This document shows positions 29,245 through 40,029 of a stretch of DNA of 64,000 nt, piece after piece; position 1 is the first letter of the stretch, and each line of letters starts with the position of its first letter. Source of the DNA: Spirochaetota bacterium. Lineage in GTDB: Bacteria > Spirochaetota > UBA12135 > COTS27 > CBDBHE01. The DNA is taken from contig CBDBHE010000006.1 of the NCBI GenBank assembly GCA_965205605.1, forward strand, positions 96,001 to 160,000, written 5' to 3'. Under the pieces are notes generated by a model, which saw only the letters and a list, made by a program, of their open reading frames with translations, was not told the origin of the DNA and made no database searches. Both the position numbers and the translations under genes were made by a program.

Positions 29245-29280
29245 AATAAGAATCCTTTCTTTGTTTTTTTCCTAAATCAA

Positions 29281-29307
29281 TTATCGAAATAATTTTTTTT
29301 TAGATTA
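29281..29307 (-). promoter_or_regulatory. Possible sigma28 (FliA) promoter upstream of flgG
   Basis: Minus strand reads TAAT-N15-TTCGATAA against the consensus TAAA-N15-GCCGATAA. Confidence 0.35.
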
Positions 29308-29349
29308 GAAAAAAATTTTTTAAATCAATTCATTCCTTTTTAGGAAGTA

Positions 29350-30051
29350 TTAGGTTTCTTTTAAAGAAAAATCAGTCCATAAACAAGATTTTCTTTTTTC
29401 TTTTATTTTTTTTTTTAAAAGGATTTCAAATTTTTCTCTAGAAGCAATTGTTCCCCCTAAAGAAAGAAGGTGTTTGGCATCCGTTGTTTGACAGTCAATT
29501 AAGCTTATTTTTTTTTTAATACTAATTTGCACTAAATAATAAAAAGCAACTTTTGAAGCATTACTAATAAGATGAAACATAGATTCTCCAAAAAAGCAGC
29601 TATTTATAGCTAAGCCATAAAGCCCACCGATGAGTTTGTTTTTTTGGTAAATTTCAATAGAATGAGCGATGCCTTGTTGATGAAGTTTGATGTAAGCTTT
29701 AATCATGTCTTGGTTAATCCAAGTGTCTTTTTGGTTTTTTCTTGAGGTTTGGGCACAAGCGTTGATGACGTCTTGAAAAGCTGTGTCAAAGGAGACGTTA
29801 AAGGTATTATTTTTGATTATTTTTTTAAGAGATTTAGGTAAGATAAAATTTTCAGGTTGTACAATAATACGTTCATTTGGGCAATACCAAAGAATAGGGG
29901 GTTGTTGGTACCAGGGGAAAATCCCTTTAGAGTAAGCTTCTAATAAAATTTCTTTGGAAAGATGGCCGCCTATGGCAATTAAGCCATCTTGTTTGGATTG
30001 TAATTGTTTTGAAAAATAAGGAGAAGTGGGATTAACGCTACTTACAAACAT
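29350..30051 (-). CDS. aat: Leucyl/phenylalanyl-tRNA--protein transferase
   Basis: AY.KGIFPWY, AHSIE, GGLYG, FFGESMF..SNASKVA and IDCQ. Confidence 0.93.
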   Translation of the reverse strand: MFVSSVNPTSPYFSKQLQSKQDGLIAIGGHLSKEILLEAYSKGIFPWYQQPPILWYCPNERIIVQPENFILPKSLKKIIKNNTFNVSFDTAFQDVINACAQTSRKNQKDTWINQDMIKAYIKLHQQGIAHSIEIYQKNKLIGGLYGLAINSCFFGESMFHLISNASKVAFYYLVQISIKKKISLIDCQTTDAKHLLSLGGTIASREKFEILLKKKIKEKRKSCLWTDFSLKET

Positions 30052-30087
30052 TAATAAGAATTATAAAATAATAAAAAAAGAAAAAGA

Positions 30088-31293
30088 TTAACGATCTTCC
30101 AAGCAAGCAACCCCAGGAAGTGTTTTACCTTCTAGGAGTTCTAAAGAAGCTCCGCCACCTGTAGAAATATGAGTCATTTCTTTTTCGAGCTTTGCTTTTC
30201 GAATGGCCGAAGCACAATCGCCTCCTCCAATAATTGAAATAGCTTTATTTTTAGTGGCTTTAGATAAAATTTTAGCGATTTCAAAGGTTCCTTTTGCCGT
30301 TTTTGGGTGTTCAAAAACACCCATAGGACCATTCCAAAAAATTGTTTTTGCTTCTAAAAGGATTTTTTCAAAAAGAGCGATTGATTTTTCTCCAATATCA
30401 AGTCCTTCTTGATAATTTGGGATGCTTTCTTTATTTACAGTGATAAGGTCGCTTGTTAAAGTTTTCGTTTTAAAATCCAAGGTACCGACTACGTGATCAA
30501 TAGGCAAAACGATTTTTTCTTTATGATGATTTAAAATTTTTTTACAGGTTTTAATAAGATTTTGATCTAAAAGAGAGTTGCCAATTTCAAGTCCCATGGC
30601 TTTGTAAAATGTATAAGCCATGCCACCACCAATAATAATTTTGCTTGCTTTGTTTAAAAGATTTGTAATGAGGGGAAGTTTATCACTAATTTTAGCGCCT
30701 CCTAAAATAGCAATGAAAGGATGCTTTGGGGAACTGATAGCGTTATTTAAAAATTTGAGTTCTTTTTCCATTAAAAAACCAGCTACAGAAGGAAGATATT
30801 CAGCGACATTGGCTGTTGAAGCGTGCTCTCTGTGGGCGGTACCAAAAGCATCGTTGACATAAATATCTGCTAAAGAAGCGAGTTGTTTGGCATAATTTTT
30901 TCTGGCTTGAAGGTCTTTGGATTCGGTTTCTTCTTGATGGAAGCGACAATTTTCTAACATTAAAATTTCTTTATTTTTCAAATTTTGAGCTAAATTTTTT
31001 GTGATCTCTCCTATGGAATCAGGGGCCATGATCACCTTTTGTTCTAAAAGAGAAGCTAGTTCTTCACTACAAGGTTTTAGAGAATATTCTGGATTAATTT
31101 TTCCTTTTGGCCTTCCGAGGTGACTCATTAAAATCAAACTCCCCCCATGATCTAAAACATAGTGAATGCTTTCTAAAGCAGCTACAATCCTTGCATTATC
31201 ACTAATTTTATTGTTTTCAAAAGGAACATTAAAGTCTACACGCATGAGAACTTTTTTGTTAATAATATTAATGTCTTTTAAAGTTTTTTTCAT
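30088..31293 (-). CDS. pgk: Phosphoglycerate kinase
   Basis: RVDFNVP, SHLGRP, NDAFGTAHR, WNGPMGVFE and HISTGGGASLE. Confidence 0.97.
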   Translation of the reverse strand: MKKTLKDINIINKKVLMRVDFNVPFENNKISDNARIVAALESIHYVLDHGGSLILMSHLGRPKGKINPEYSLKPCSEELASLLEQKVIMAPDSIGEITKNLAQNLKNKEILMLENCRFHQEETESKDLQARKNYAKQLASLADIYVNDAFGTAHREHASTANVAEYLPSVAGFLMEKELKFLNNAISSPKHPFIAILGGAKISDKLPLITNLLNKASKIIIGGGMAYTFYKAMGLEIGNSLLDQNLIKTCKKILNHHKEKIVLPIDHVVGTLDFKTKTLTSDLITVNKESIPNYQEGLDIGEKSIALFEKILLEAKTIFWNGPMGVFEHPKTAKGTFEIAKILSKATKNKAISIIGGGDCASAIRKAKLEKEMTHISTGGGASLELLEGKTLPGVACLEDR

Positions 31294-31334
31294 GTTATTT
31301 TTAGTTTGGACCTTAAAAGATATAAAATTTTTTT

Positions 31335-32357
<1,023 letters not shown>

Positions 32358-32477
32358 TCATACTCCTAGATTAAATATTTTTTATTTTTTGAAAAGGAAA
32401 ATAAAACTATTTTCTAATAGTATATAATGTTTAAAGAAAAAGGTTAATGAACAGAGTGTTGTATCAGCAATCATCTT

Positions 32478-33509
32478 TTATGAAAAAAGGGTTTTCCCGT
32501 AGGATTTTAAGTTGTGACAAGCTTTGATGACTTCTTGTTTCATTCCATCTTCTGCTTTTTTTAGATAGGAGCGAGGGTCGTAGTATTTTTTGTTTCCTAC
32601 ATTACCATCGATCTTTAAGACGCTGTCATAGTTTATAAAAAAATGCTCTGCAATGGGTCTTGAGAAAGCATATTGACAGTCTGTGTCGACATTCATTTTA
32701 ACGACACCATATTGAAGTGTTTGATGAATATCCTCCAAACTAGATCCGGAACCTCCGTGAAAAACTAAGTCAAAAGGATTAGTTTTATCATATTTTTTTC
32801 CAACGGCTTCTTGTCCATCTTTTAAGATTTGAGGTTTTAATTTAACGACCCCTGGGTTATAGATGCCGTGGACATTTCCAAAAGTAGCAGCTAAAAAATA
32901 CCTGCCATTTTCACCTAACCCCAGTTTGTTGGCAACAGCTAGCATATCGTTATTGTTTGTGTAGAGCTTGGCTCCTTTTTCTGCTTTGACGTCGTCTTCT
33001 TCTCCGCCTACAGCCCCGATTTCAATTTCTAAAAGGATTTCATTGTCATGACAAGTTTGAAGGAGTTCTTTTGAAAGTTTTAAATTGTCTTTTAGAGTAA
33101 TCGTAGAACCATCAAACATGTGGGCATTAAATAAATTGGGCAATCCTTTTTTTCTTCGTTTTTTTGTTTCTTCAATAAGAGGTTTGACAAAAAGATCAAG
33201 CTTGTCTACTAAACAGTGATCTGTATGAAGTGCAACATAAATCCCATATCTCTTAGCAACAAGGTGGACGTGATTGGCAAGACTAATAGCACCTAAAGCC
33301 ATGTCTTTTACACTTTGTCCCGAAATGAAAAGACCACCACCTGTAGAAACTTGAATAATCCCATCAGACTTGCTTTCTGCTAGTCCCATTAAAGCGGCAT
33401 TGGCAGAAGAATAAGAAGTGACATTAAAAGCAGGGAATGCATAATGGTTTTTTTTTGCTTTGTCGAGCAATTTACAATAAGTTTGATAATCAGCTACAGG
33501 CATAGTCAA
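32478..33509 (-). CDS. fbaA: Class II fructose-bisphosphate aldolase
   Basis: HTDHC, HMFDGS, GGEED, FGNVHG and VFHGGSGS. Confidence 0.95.
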   Translation of the reverse strand: MTMPVADYQTYCKLLDKAKKNHYAFPAFNVTSYSSANAALMGLAESKSDGIIQVSTGGGLFISGQSVKDMALGAISLANHVHLVAKRYGIYVALHTDHCLVDKLDLFVKPLIEETKKRRKKGLPNLFNAHMFDGSTITLKDNLKLSKELLQTCHDNEILLEIEIGAVGGEEDDVKAEKGAKLYTNNNDMLAVANKLGLGENGRYFLAATFGNVHGIYNPGVVKLKPQILKDGQEAVGKKYDKTNPFDLVFHGGSGSSLEDIHQTLQYGVVKMNVDTDCQYAFSRPIAEHFFINYDSVLKIDGNVGNKKYYDPRSYLKKAEDGMKQEVIKACHNLKSYGKTLFS

Positions 33510-33530
33510 ATATGATTGTAAGCTATTATT

Positions 33531-34691
33531 TTATTTTTTAAAAGTAGTTTCTAGTTGTTTAGCAGCTTTTTCCCAAGAAAAAGATTTGATTTTTTTAAGA
33601 AGATTTTTATTTGAAATCTCAAAAGGTTTTTTTGCTAAGGTTTCAATTTTTTCAAGAAGTTTTTTTCTTAAAGTATTGGTAGAATAAGGATCAAAAAAAT
33701 CCCAAGAAGCACCTAATAATTCTCGATTAGTAGGAATATCAGAAACAACAGGGTACGTTTTAGCCCAAAGGGATTCGATGACAGGAAGGCCAAAGCCTTC
33801 GTATAAGCTAGGGTAAACTGAAATTAAAGCTCCTGCAAGAAGCATGCTAAGAGTTGTTTCATCTTGTTTATTTAGAAAATAAATATGATTTATTTTTTTT
33901 TCTTTTTTTCCCAAAACAATCAATGGGTATTGTTTTTGAATTATTTTTGGAAGTTTTAAGTAAGCTTGATAAAGTCGGTTTGTGTTTTTTCTAGCAGTGT
34001 GTCCTCCAAAGTAAAGCAGGTAATGTTTGTAATCAACTTTAAAAGATTTGAGATAAGGTTCACATTGTTTTTTTGAATAAGGTTTAAACTGTTTGGAAAT
34101 ACCATTATAAGAGACAATAATTTTTTTTTCATTAATAGAAGGACAAATGTCTATCATATTTTTTTTTGTTGTTTGGCTGATGGTAATAATTTTTTCGGAA
34201 AGTTGATTGATTTTTTTTAAATTAAAAAAGCCTCTTATTCCAAGAAGCGTGATCATAGAGAGAGGTGTTTTGCCTTTGAGTAAAAAAGAAGGTTTTAGAA
34301 ACAAGGTAGGGATGACGTCGTGAATAACGGTAATGATTTTTGTTTTTGATAATTTTTTTGGAAAGGTATCTACGTGGGGCAAAAAAAGAAAATCAAAGTT
34401 GATTTTTTTAAAAGAATGACTAAGAGTAATTTTTTTAGAAAAAGAAGACAAAGACTTTTTATGATAGAGGGGAATGATTTGATAAAAAATAGGGATATCA
34501 AGTACTTTATGAAAGTGGGTATTTGTTTTTTTAGGAGTGGTTGCTTTTTCAAATAAAGGAATAAAAATAATATATTTATTTTTGGTATTAGTTTTAGATA
34601 ACGCTTCAAGAAGGTTTTTTAAGTAAGAATGAAACCCTGAGCCTTTATAATATTTTGTGAGGTAAACTCCATTTATGGCTATTTTTTTCAT
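33531..34691 (-). CDS. Glycosyltransferase family 4 (GT-B)
   Basis: IHD, RKN and YPSLYEGFGLPVIES motifs. Confidence 0.88.
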   Translation of the reverse strand: MKKIAINGVYLTKYYKGSGFHSYLKNLLEALSKTNTKNKYIIFIPLFEKATTPKKTNTHFHKVLDIPIFYQIIPLYHKKSLSSFSKKITLSHSFKKINFDFLFLPHVDTFPKKLSKTKIITVIHDVIPTLFLKPSFLLKGKTPLSMITLLGIRGFFNLKKINQLSEKIITISQTTKKNMIDICPSINEKKIIVSYNGISKQFKPYSKKQCEPYLKSFKVDYKHYLLYFGGHTARKNTNRLYQAYLKLPKIIQKQYPLIVLGKKEKKINHIYFLNKQDETTLSMLLAGALISVYPSLYEGFGLPVIESLWAKTYPVVSDIPTNRELLGASWDFFDPYSTNTLRKKLLEKIETLAKKPFEISNKNLLKKIKSFSWEKAAKQLETTFKK

Positions 34692-34698
34692 GTTATTT

Positions 34699-35910
34699 TT
34701 AAAGTGTTTTTTTAAAGTATTGATCTAAAGTGAGGATGACTTTTTCGATTTGAGTTGTTTTCATTTGGGAGAAAAAAGGGAGAGAGATTTGAGAAGTAGC
34801 TAGTTGGTCAGTTTTAGAGAATGAGGTTATGGAGTAACCTAATTTTTTATAATAAGTCATTTTCGGTAAGGGAATATAATGCACATTGGCTTCAATTTTT
34901 TTTTTTTTAAGAAAATCGATAACGTGGTTTCTTTTTTCTTCATTGATATTTTTCAGCCTAATAGAAAGTAAGTGACAAGCGGAGGTTGTTTTTTGGCAAA
35001 GAGTAGGTCTTAAAAGAGCCCAAGTTTTTTTCTGAAGCTGTTTAACATAGTAATTTTTTAAAGACTTTCTCTTTTCAAGTAAAACGGGGTATCTTTTTAA
35101 TTGGATAAGGCCGATGGCTGCTTGAATATCAGTCATATTATACTTATAACCTAAATCGACAACATCATATTGCCAAGTTTTTTTTTGATGCTTTTGGTAA
35201 GGGTCTTGATCTCTACCGTGAAGAGAAAGTCGCTTGATAATGGTTTCTAATTTTTTTTTATTGACGCCTTTTAATTGGTTTAAAATTAAAGCTCCTCCGT
35301 CACCGGTGGTAATATTTTTAGTGGCATGAAAAGAAAAAATATTAATATCAGCATAGGTACTGGCTTGTTTGTCATTTAAGATGGCGCCAAGTGAATGGGA
35401 AGCATCGGCAATACAGAGGATTCTGCCCAATTGTTTTTGAAACTGATTCTTTGAAGGAGAAAATTTTTTTTTTTTTTCAATGATGATGTTCATAATATTT
35501 TTGTAATCACAAGGATCCCCTGCATAATCAACTGGAATAATGGCTTTTGTTTTAGAAGTAATGGCTTTTTCTATTTTGTTTGGATCGATGTTAAAATCTT
35601 CTCTAATGTCAACAAAAATGGGTTTAGCACCTGTTTGTAAAATTGCAGCAGCTGTTGCAGAAAAAGTCATAGGGGTTGTAATCACTTCATCGCCTTTGCC
35701 GATACCAAAGGCTTTAAGGCTTAAAAAAAGAGAAGCGGTTGCAGAATTAAGGACGATGGCTTTATAGCACTTGGTATATTTTTCAATGGCTGCTTCAAAC
35801 TCTTCTACTTTAGGGCCTCGATTAATCCAATTTGATAACAATACTTTTTTAACTTCATTAACTTCTTGTTGAGTGATGTTGTGAGAAGTGAAGGGAATAT
35901 GAAACATCAA
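34699..35910 (-). CDS. DegT/DnrJ/EryC1/StrS nucleotide-sugar aminotransferase
   Basis: NSAT, DASHSLG, FSFHATKNITTGDGG and GYKYNMTDIQAA. Confidence 0.9.
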   Translation of the reverse strand: MMFHIPFTSHNITQQEVNEVKKVLLSNWINRGPKVEEFEAAIEKYTKCYKAIVLNSATASLFLSLKAFGIGKGDEVITTPMTFSATAAAILQTGAKPIFVDIREDFNIDPNKIEKAITSKTKAIIPVDYAGDPCDYKNIMNIIIEKKKKFSPSKNQFQKQLGRILCIADASHSLGAILNDKQASTYADINIFSFHATKNITTGDGGALILNQLKGVNKKKLETIIKRLSLHGRDQDPYQKHQKKTWQYDVVDLGYKYNMTDIQAAIGLIQLKRYPVLLEKRKSLKNYYVKQLQKKTWALLRPTLCQKTTSACHLLSIRLKNINEEKRNHVIDFLKKKKIEANVHYIPLPKMTYYKKLGYSITSFSKTDQLATSQISLPFFSQMKTTQIEKVILTLDQYFKKTL

Positions 35911-35911
35911 A

Positions 35912-37009
35912 TTAGTGTTTAAAGCGATTGATATGTTCGGTAATTTTATTTTGGTCTTTTTTTTTTAAAAAAGCACTTATAGGGAGGCTAATAATGTCTT
36001 TGCTAATTTTTTCTGCTATAGGAAAATCTCCTTTTTTGTAGTTGAGATAATTAAATGCTTTTTGAAGATGAATCGGGGGGGCATAAAAAATAGAATAGGG
36101 AATTTTTTTAGTTTTTAAATGTTTAATAAAATCTTCTCTGTTAGAAATTCTAATAGAATATTGAGCAAAGGTAGACGTTTGGTATCTAGGAATATGAGGG
36201 GTAACGACATTACTAGAAAAAAGCTTTTCGTTATAATCATTTGCGATGGATTGTCTCTTTTTAATTTCGTCATCTAAATGTTGTAGTTTTACGGTTAGAA
36301 TAGCGGCTTGAATATTATCGATACGTCCATTAATGCCAATATACAAGTGGTCGTGTTGAGTTTTCCCATGATTTAAAAGAGCTCGAATTTTTATTTCTAA
36401 TTTTTTATCAGAAGTAAAAATAGCTCCTCCATCTCCATAACAACCTAAGGGTTTTGAAGGATAAAAACTTGTGCAAGCAATTTTAGAAAGATTACAAGAA
36501 TGCTTTGTTTTATACAAAGCTCCAAAAGATTGGCTGGCATCTTCGATAACCGTTAATTTGTGTTTTTTAGCAATTTGATTGATGGCATCCATATTCGATG
36601 TAAGTCCAAAAAGAGAAACCGGTATAATGGCTTTGGTTTTTTTGCTAATTTTTTCTTCAATTAAGTTTGGGTTGATGTTGTAAGTGAGTTCATCAATATC
36701 AACAAAAACAGGCTTTGCTTTTAAAATAGCAATGGCTTCGGCGGTTGCAATGAAAGTAAAAGGGCTTGTAATAACTTCGTCTTTTTCTTTAATGTCAAGA
36801 GCCATTAAAGCTAGTTGTAAAGCCGTCGTCCCACTCGAACATCCCATCGCAAAAGAAGCTCCTGAATAGGTTGCAAGAGAAGATTCAAAATCTTTTAAAA
36901 TCTTTCCTCCTAAAAATTGAGTACTTTTGATTGTTTTATTAATTGCTTTTTTAAGAGATCGTTTATACGAAGAATATTGAGATTTTAAATTGACAAAAGG
37001 GATTGTCAT
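35912..37009 (-). CDS. DegT family aminotransferase (WbpE/WlbC-like)
   Basis: CSSGTTAL, IEDASQSFGA, SFYPSKPLGCYGDGG and GINGRID. Confidence 0.9.
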   Translation of the reverse strand: MTIPFVNLKSQYSSYKRSLKKAINKTIKSTQFLGGKILKDFESSLATYSGASFAMGCSSGTTALQLALMALDIKEKDEVITSPFTFIATAEAIAILKAKPVFVDIDELTYNINPNLIEEKISKKTKAIIPVSLFGLTSNMDAINQIAKKHKLTVIEDASQSFGALYKTKHSCNLSKIACTSFYPSKPLGCYGDGGAIFTSDKKLEIKIRALLNHGKTQHDHLYIGINGRIDNIQAAILTVKLQHLDDEIKKRQSIANDYNEKLFSSNVVTPHIPRYQTSTFAQYSIRISNREDFIKHLKTKKIPYSIFYAPPIHLQKAFNYLNYKKGDFPIAEKISKDIISLPISAFLKKKDQNKITEHINRFKH

Positions 37010-37171
37010 AAGAATTTACTTTTTAATAAAATTTAAAAAATTAAGAAAAAAAAATCAAATTTAAACAAATAGATTTTTTATTGATTTTATCTCTTTCTTT
37101 AAATGCTTAATGATTTCATTATATAATAAAAAATAATAAATTCAATAATTTTATATGTTTAAGACGTTAGT

Positions 37172-38296
37172 GTGAAGTTTACTTGTTTAAAAGAAGAGCT
37201 ACTTAAAGTTGTAGGTGCTAGTGATGTGATTACAGGTCATAAAGGAAATTATTCCATTTTGTCTAATATCTTATTTGAAGTCATTGGAGATAAAGTCTTT
37301 GTAAAAGCCAATAATATGAATATGTCTTTAGAAGCATCTCTTAAAAAAGCCACTATTGAAAAAGAAGGGGCTATTACGCTTTATCAAAATAAATTTTTTA
37401 ATCTTGTCAAAGAAATTCCTGAAAAAGAAATTCTCATTGAAGTGGTTGATGATAATAAAGTCCTCATTAAATCTTTAGATAAAAAAAGGAACGTCAAAGC
37501 CGTGATGATGGGGATTTCAAAATCCGAGTTCCCAGAGTTGCCAAAGATTATGGATCAAATCAAGCTTATTTCTATCGATAAGATTTTGTTTAAAAAAATG
37601 ATTCAAAAAACGATTTTTGCTGTTTCACACTCCAACACACAGTATACGCTCAATGGTGTTTATATGGAATATAAAAACAATATGTTAAAATTTGTTGCCA
37701 TTGATGGTAGGCGTCTTGCTTTATTTAAAACGTTGCTCTCTGAAAATGAACACGAAGAGTTTGAGGTTATTATTCCCCAGGAGTTTTTTGCTCATCTTCA
37801 AAAAATCATTTTTAATGAGGGGCCGATGCAATTTTGTTTTCAAGAAAATCGATTTTTTTTTCTTTTTGATAACATGTGTTTGTCTTCAAATGTTTTAGAA
37901 GGTAAGTTTCCAAATTATAATTTATTTATTCCAAGTAAACACGAAAATCAGTTTTTTGTTAAAACTAAATCTCTTTTATCAGCGGTTAATTTTGTTTCGA
38001 CTTTGATTGATGAAGAATCGCATAAAATGATTTGGGAGATTGAAAATAAACAATTAAAAATATTTGCCAAAAATTCAGATTACGGAGAATCAGAAGAAAG
38101 CCTTGATATTGTTTATTCAGCTAAGCCTTATAAAATAGGACTTAATTACAAACTGATTAGTGATGTGATAAGGCAAATTGAAGTAGAAGAAGTTGAGTTT
38201 CAATTTAATAATCAGCTCTCTCCTATTTTAGTTAAAGAAAAAAATCGAGATGAATATTATTTTATTGTGATGCCTATGAAACTTGAAGAAATTTAA
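37172..38296 (+). CDS. dnaN: DNA polymerase III beta sliding clamp
   Basis: ILSNIL, LNGV, VAIDGRRLA, EGKFPNY and C-terminal VMPM. Confidence 0.93.
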   Translation: MKFTCLKEELLKVVGASDVITGHKGNYSILSNILFEVIGDKVFVKANNMNMSLEASLKKATIEKEGAITLYQNKFFNLVKEIPEKEILIEVVDDNKVLIKSLDKKRNVKAVMMGISKSEFPELPKIMDQIKLISIDKILFKKMIQKTIFAVSHSNTQYTLNGVYMEYKNNMLKFVAIDGRRLALFKTLLSENEHEEFEVIIPQEFFAHLQKIIFNEGPMQFCFQENRFFFLFDNMCLSSNVLEGKFPNYNLFIPSKHENQFFVKTKSLLSAVNFVSTLIDEESHKMIWEIENKQLKIFAKNSDYGESEESLDIVYSAKPYKIGLNYKLISDVIRQIEVEEVEFQFNNQLSPILVKEKNRDEYYFIVMPMKLEEI

Positions 38297-38302
38297 ACAG
38301 GC

Positions 38303-39397
38303 ATGTTTATTCATGAAGTTTTTTTAAGTTATTTTAGAAATTATGATCATTTACACTGCACGTTTGATCATTGTTTTAATTTACTCATTGGTAGTAATGC
38401 TCAAGGAAAAACCAATTTTTTAGAAGCCATTTATTTTTCTTATTATTTAAAATCTTTTCGTGCTTTAAATACAAAAGAGTTGATTAAAAAAGAAAAAAAT
38501 GAATTTATTATTCAATTGCTTTTTTCTGAAAATAAAACTAAGCAATCTTTTGTAAATAAACTACTGATTAAACATTCTAAAAACAAAAAAGAGTTTTTTT
38601 TGAACCAAAAAAAAGCCTCTGCGGAAGAAATTAAAAAAGAACAACTAAAAGTACTGCTTTTAAATAATGATGATGTTTTACTCACAAGGGCTTTTCCCTA
38701 TGAAAGGAGAGCTTATTTTGATTCGATTATAGGGATTTTAAAACCAGAATATTATTTTGCTTTAAAGCAATTTCAGAAATCACTTGTTAACCGAAATCTT
38801 GATTTGAAGAAAAATCATCAGGCATCAAAATGGGATGAATCAATGGCTCAATTTGGAGCAAAAATTATTAATGCTCGAGTTTCTTTTTTAAAAGCCATTG
38901 AAAACCCTCTTGCAAAAATTTTTCATCAGTTGACTTTAATTAATGAAAAAGCTTTTATTATTTATCAGAGTACCAAAAAAGAGGGGAGGGCTTCTTGTTC
39001 TATAGGAGTGGAAAATTATCTTTTAAAATTAAAGGAAACTTGGAAACAAGATCAACTTTATAAAAAAACTCATTTTGGCCCTCATTTGGATGATTTTATT
39101 TTTTTTATTGGAGATTCGAAAGTCAAAATAAGTGCTTCTCAAGGAGAATCAAGATTATTTTCGTATGCTTTGAAATTTTCAATTTTTGAATATATTTGTC
39201 ATTTCGTTAAAAAGCCTCCTCTTTTATTATTAGATGATATTTTTTCTGATTTAGATCCAAAAAAGATTGATCTTTTTTTTCAGTTTATCAAAAAAGGATC
39301 TCAAGTATTTTTAGCTTGTGCTAATTTGGATTTGATTAAATCAAGGACAAAGGGTTTTAAAATATATCAAGTTTCTAAAGGAATGATTAGCGAATGA
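38303..39397 (+). CDS. recF: DNA replication and repair protein RecF
   Basis: FRNY, Walker A GSNAQGKTN, GPHLDD, ASQGE and LLLDDIFSDLD. Confidence 0.93.
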   Translation: MFIHEVFLSYFRNYDHLHCTFDHCFNLLIGSNAQGKTNFLEAIYFSYYLKSFRALNTKELIKKEKNEFIIQLLFSENKTKQSFVNKLLIKHSKNKKEFFLNQKKASAEEIKKEQLKVLLLNNDDVLLTRAFPYERRAYFDSIIGILKPEYYFALKQFQKSLVNRNLDLKKNHQASKWDESMAQFGAKIINARVSFLKAIENPLAKIFHQLTLINEKAFIIYQSTKKEGRASCSIGVENYLLKLKETWKQDQLYKKTHFGPHLDDFIFFIGDSKVKISASQGESRLFSYALKFSIFEYICHFVKKPPLLLLDDIFSDLDPKKIDLFFQFIKKGSQVFLACANLDLIKSRTKGFKIYQVSKGMISE

Positions 39398-40029
39398 GAG
39401 GCAGGGGACATTTTTCTTCTTTAAAGATGGTTTTAGAACAAGTTTTAAAACGACATCGATATGAAATTAACAATCAAAAAATCTTTATGCAATGGAAAAA
39501 AATAGTTGGTGATAAAATTGCTTCTATTTCTAGACCTTATAAAATTTTTGATAATAAGCTTTATGTTGCTTTAAAATATAATCATTGGATGCTAGAACTT
39601 TCTTATGCTAAAGATGAAATGATAAAAAAGTACATCGCTTTATTTCCTTTTTTGAAATTAAAAGATATTTATTTTAAGTTTGATCCTAATCGGAATTATT
39701 CTTCTTTAGAGGATGAAAAAAATGATTTTAAGTTTTCTTTAGAAAATATTGAGTTGGATGCTGAAGAGTCTGTTGTAGAGATTCCTTGGCAAGAAGATGA
39801 TAAAGAAGTTGCTAATCGTATTGAGAGTCTTAAAAAAACTTACTTGAAAGTTAAAAAATATATTGCAAAAGAAAAAGATCCATATCGCAATGTTTTAGAC
39901 TTTAAAAAAGAAAAAAATCGATCTAAAGACATTGTCAGTGAGCTTGATGATCTTTATCCTACTTATGGCATTAGTAGTCAATTTTTAGTTCAAAAAGATG
40001 ACTTTCAATCTTTTGATTTGTATTCGTGA
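39394..40029 (+). CDS. DUF721/DciA family protein (helicase-loading factor) with an extended C-terminus
   Basis: W..IVG..IA..SRP....L.V......W..EL...K pattern; canonical position after recF. Confidence 0.75.
   Translation: MRGRGHFSSLKMVLEQVLKRHRYEINNQKIFMQWKKIVGDKIASISRPYKIFDNKLYVALKYNHWMLELSYAKDEMIKKYIALFPFLKLKDIYFKFDPNRNYSSLEDEKNDFKFSLENIELDAEESVVEIPWQEDDKEVANRIESLKKTYLKVKKYIAKEKDPYRNVLDFKKEKNRSKDIVSELDDLYPTYGISSQFLVQKDDFQSFDLYS

Noticed and set aside
37010-37171. oriC upstream of dnaN
   Set aside because: No DnaA boxes seen and no dnaA; the AT-richness matches other spacers
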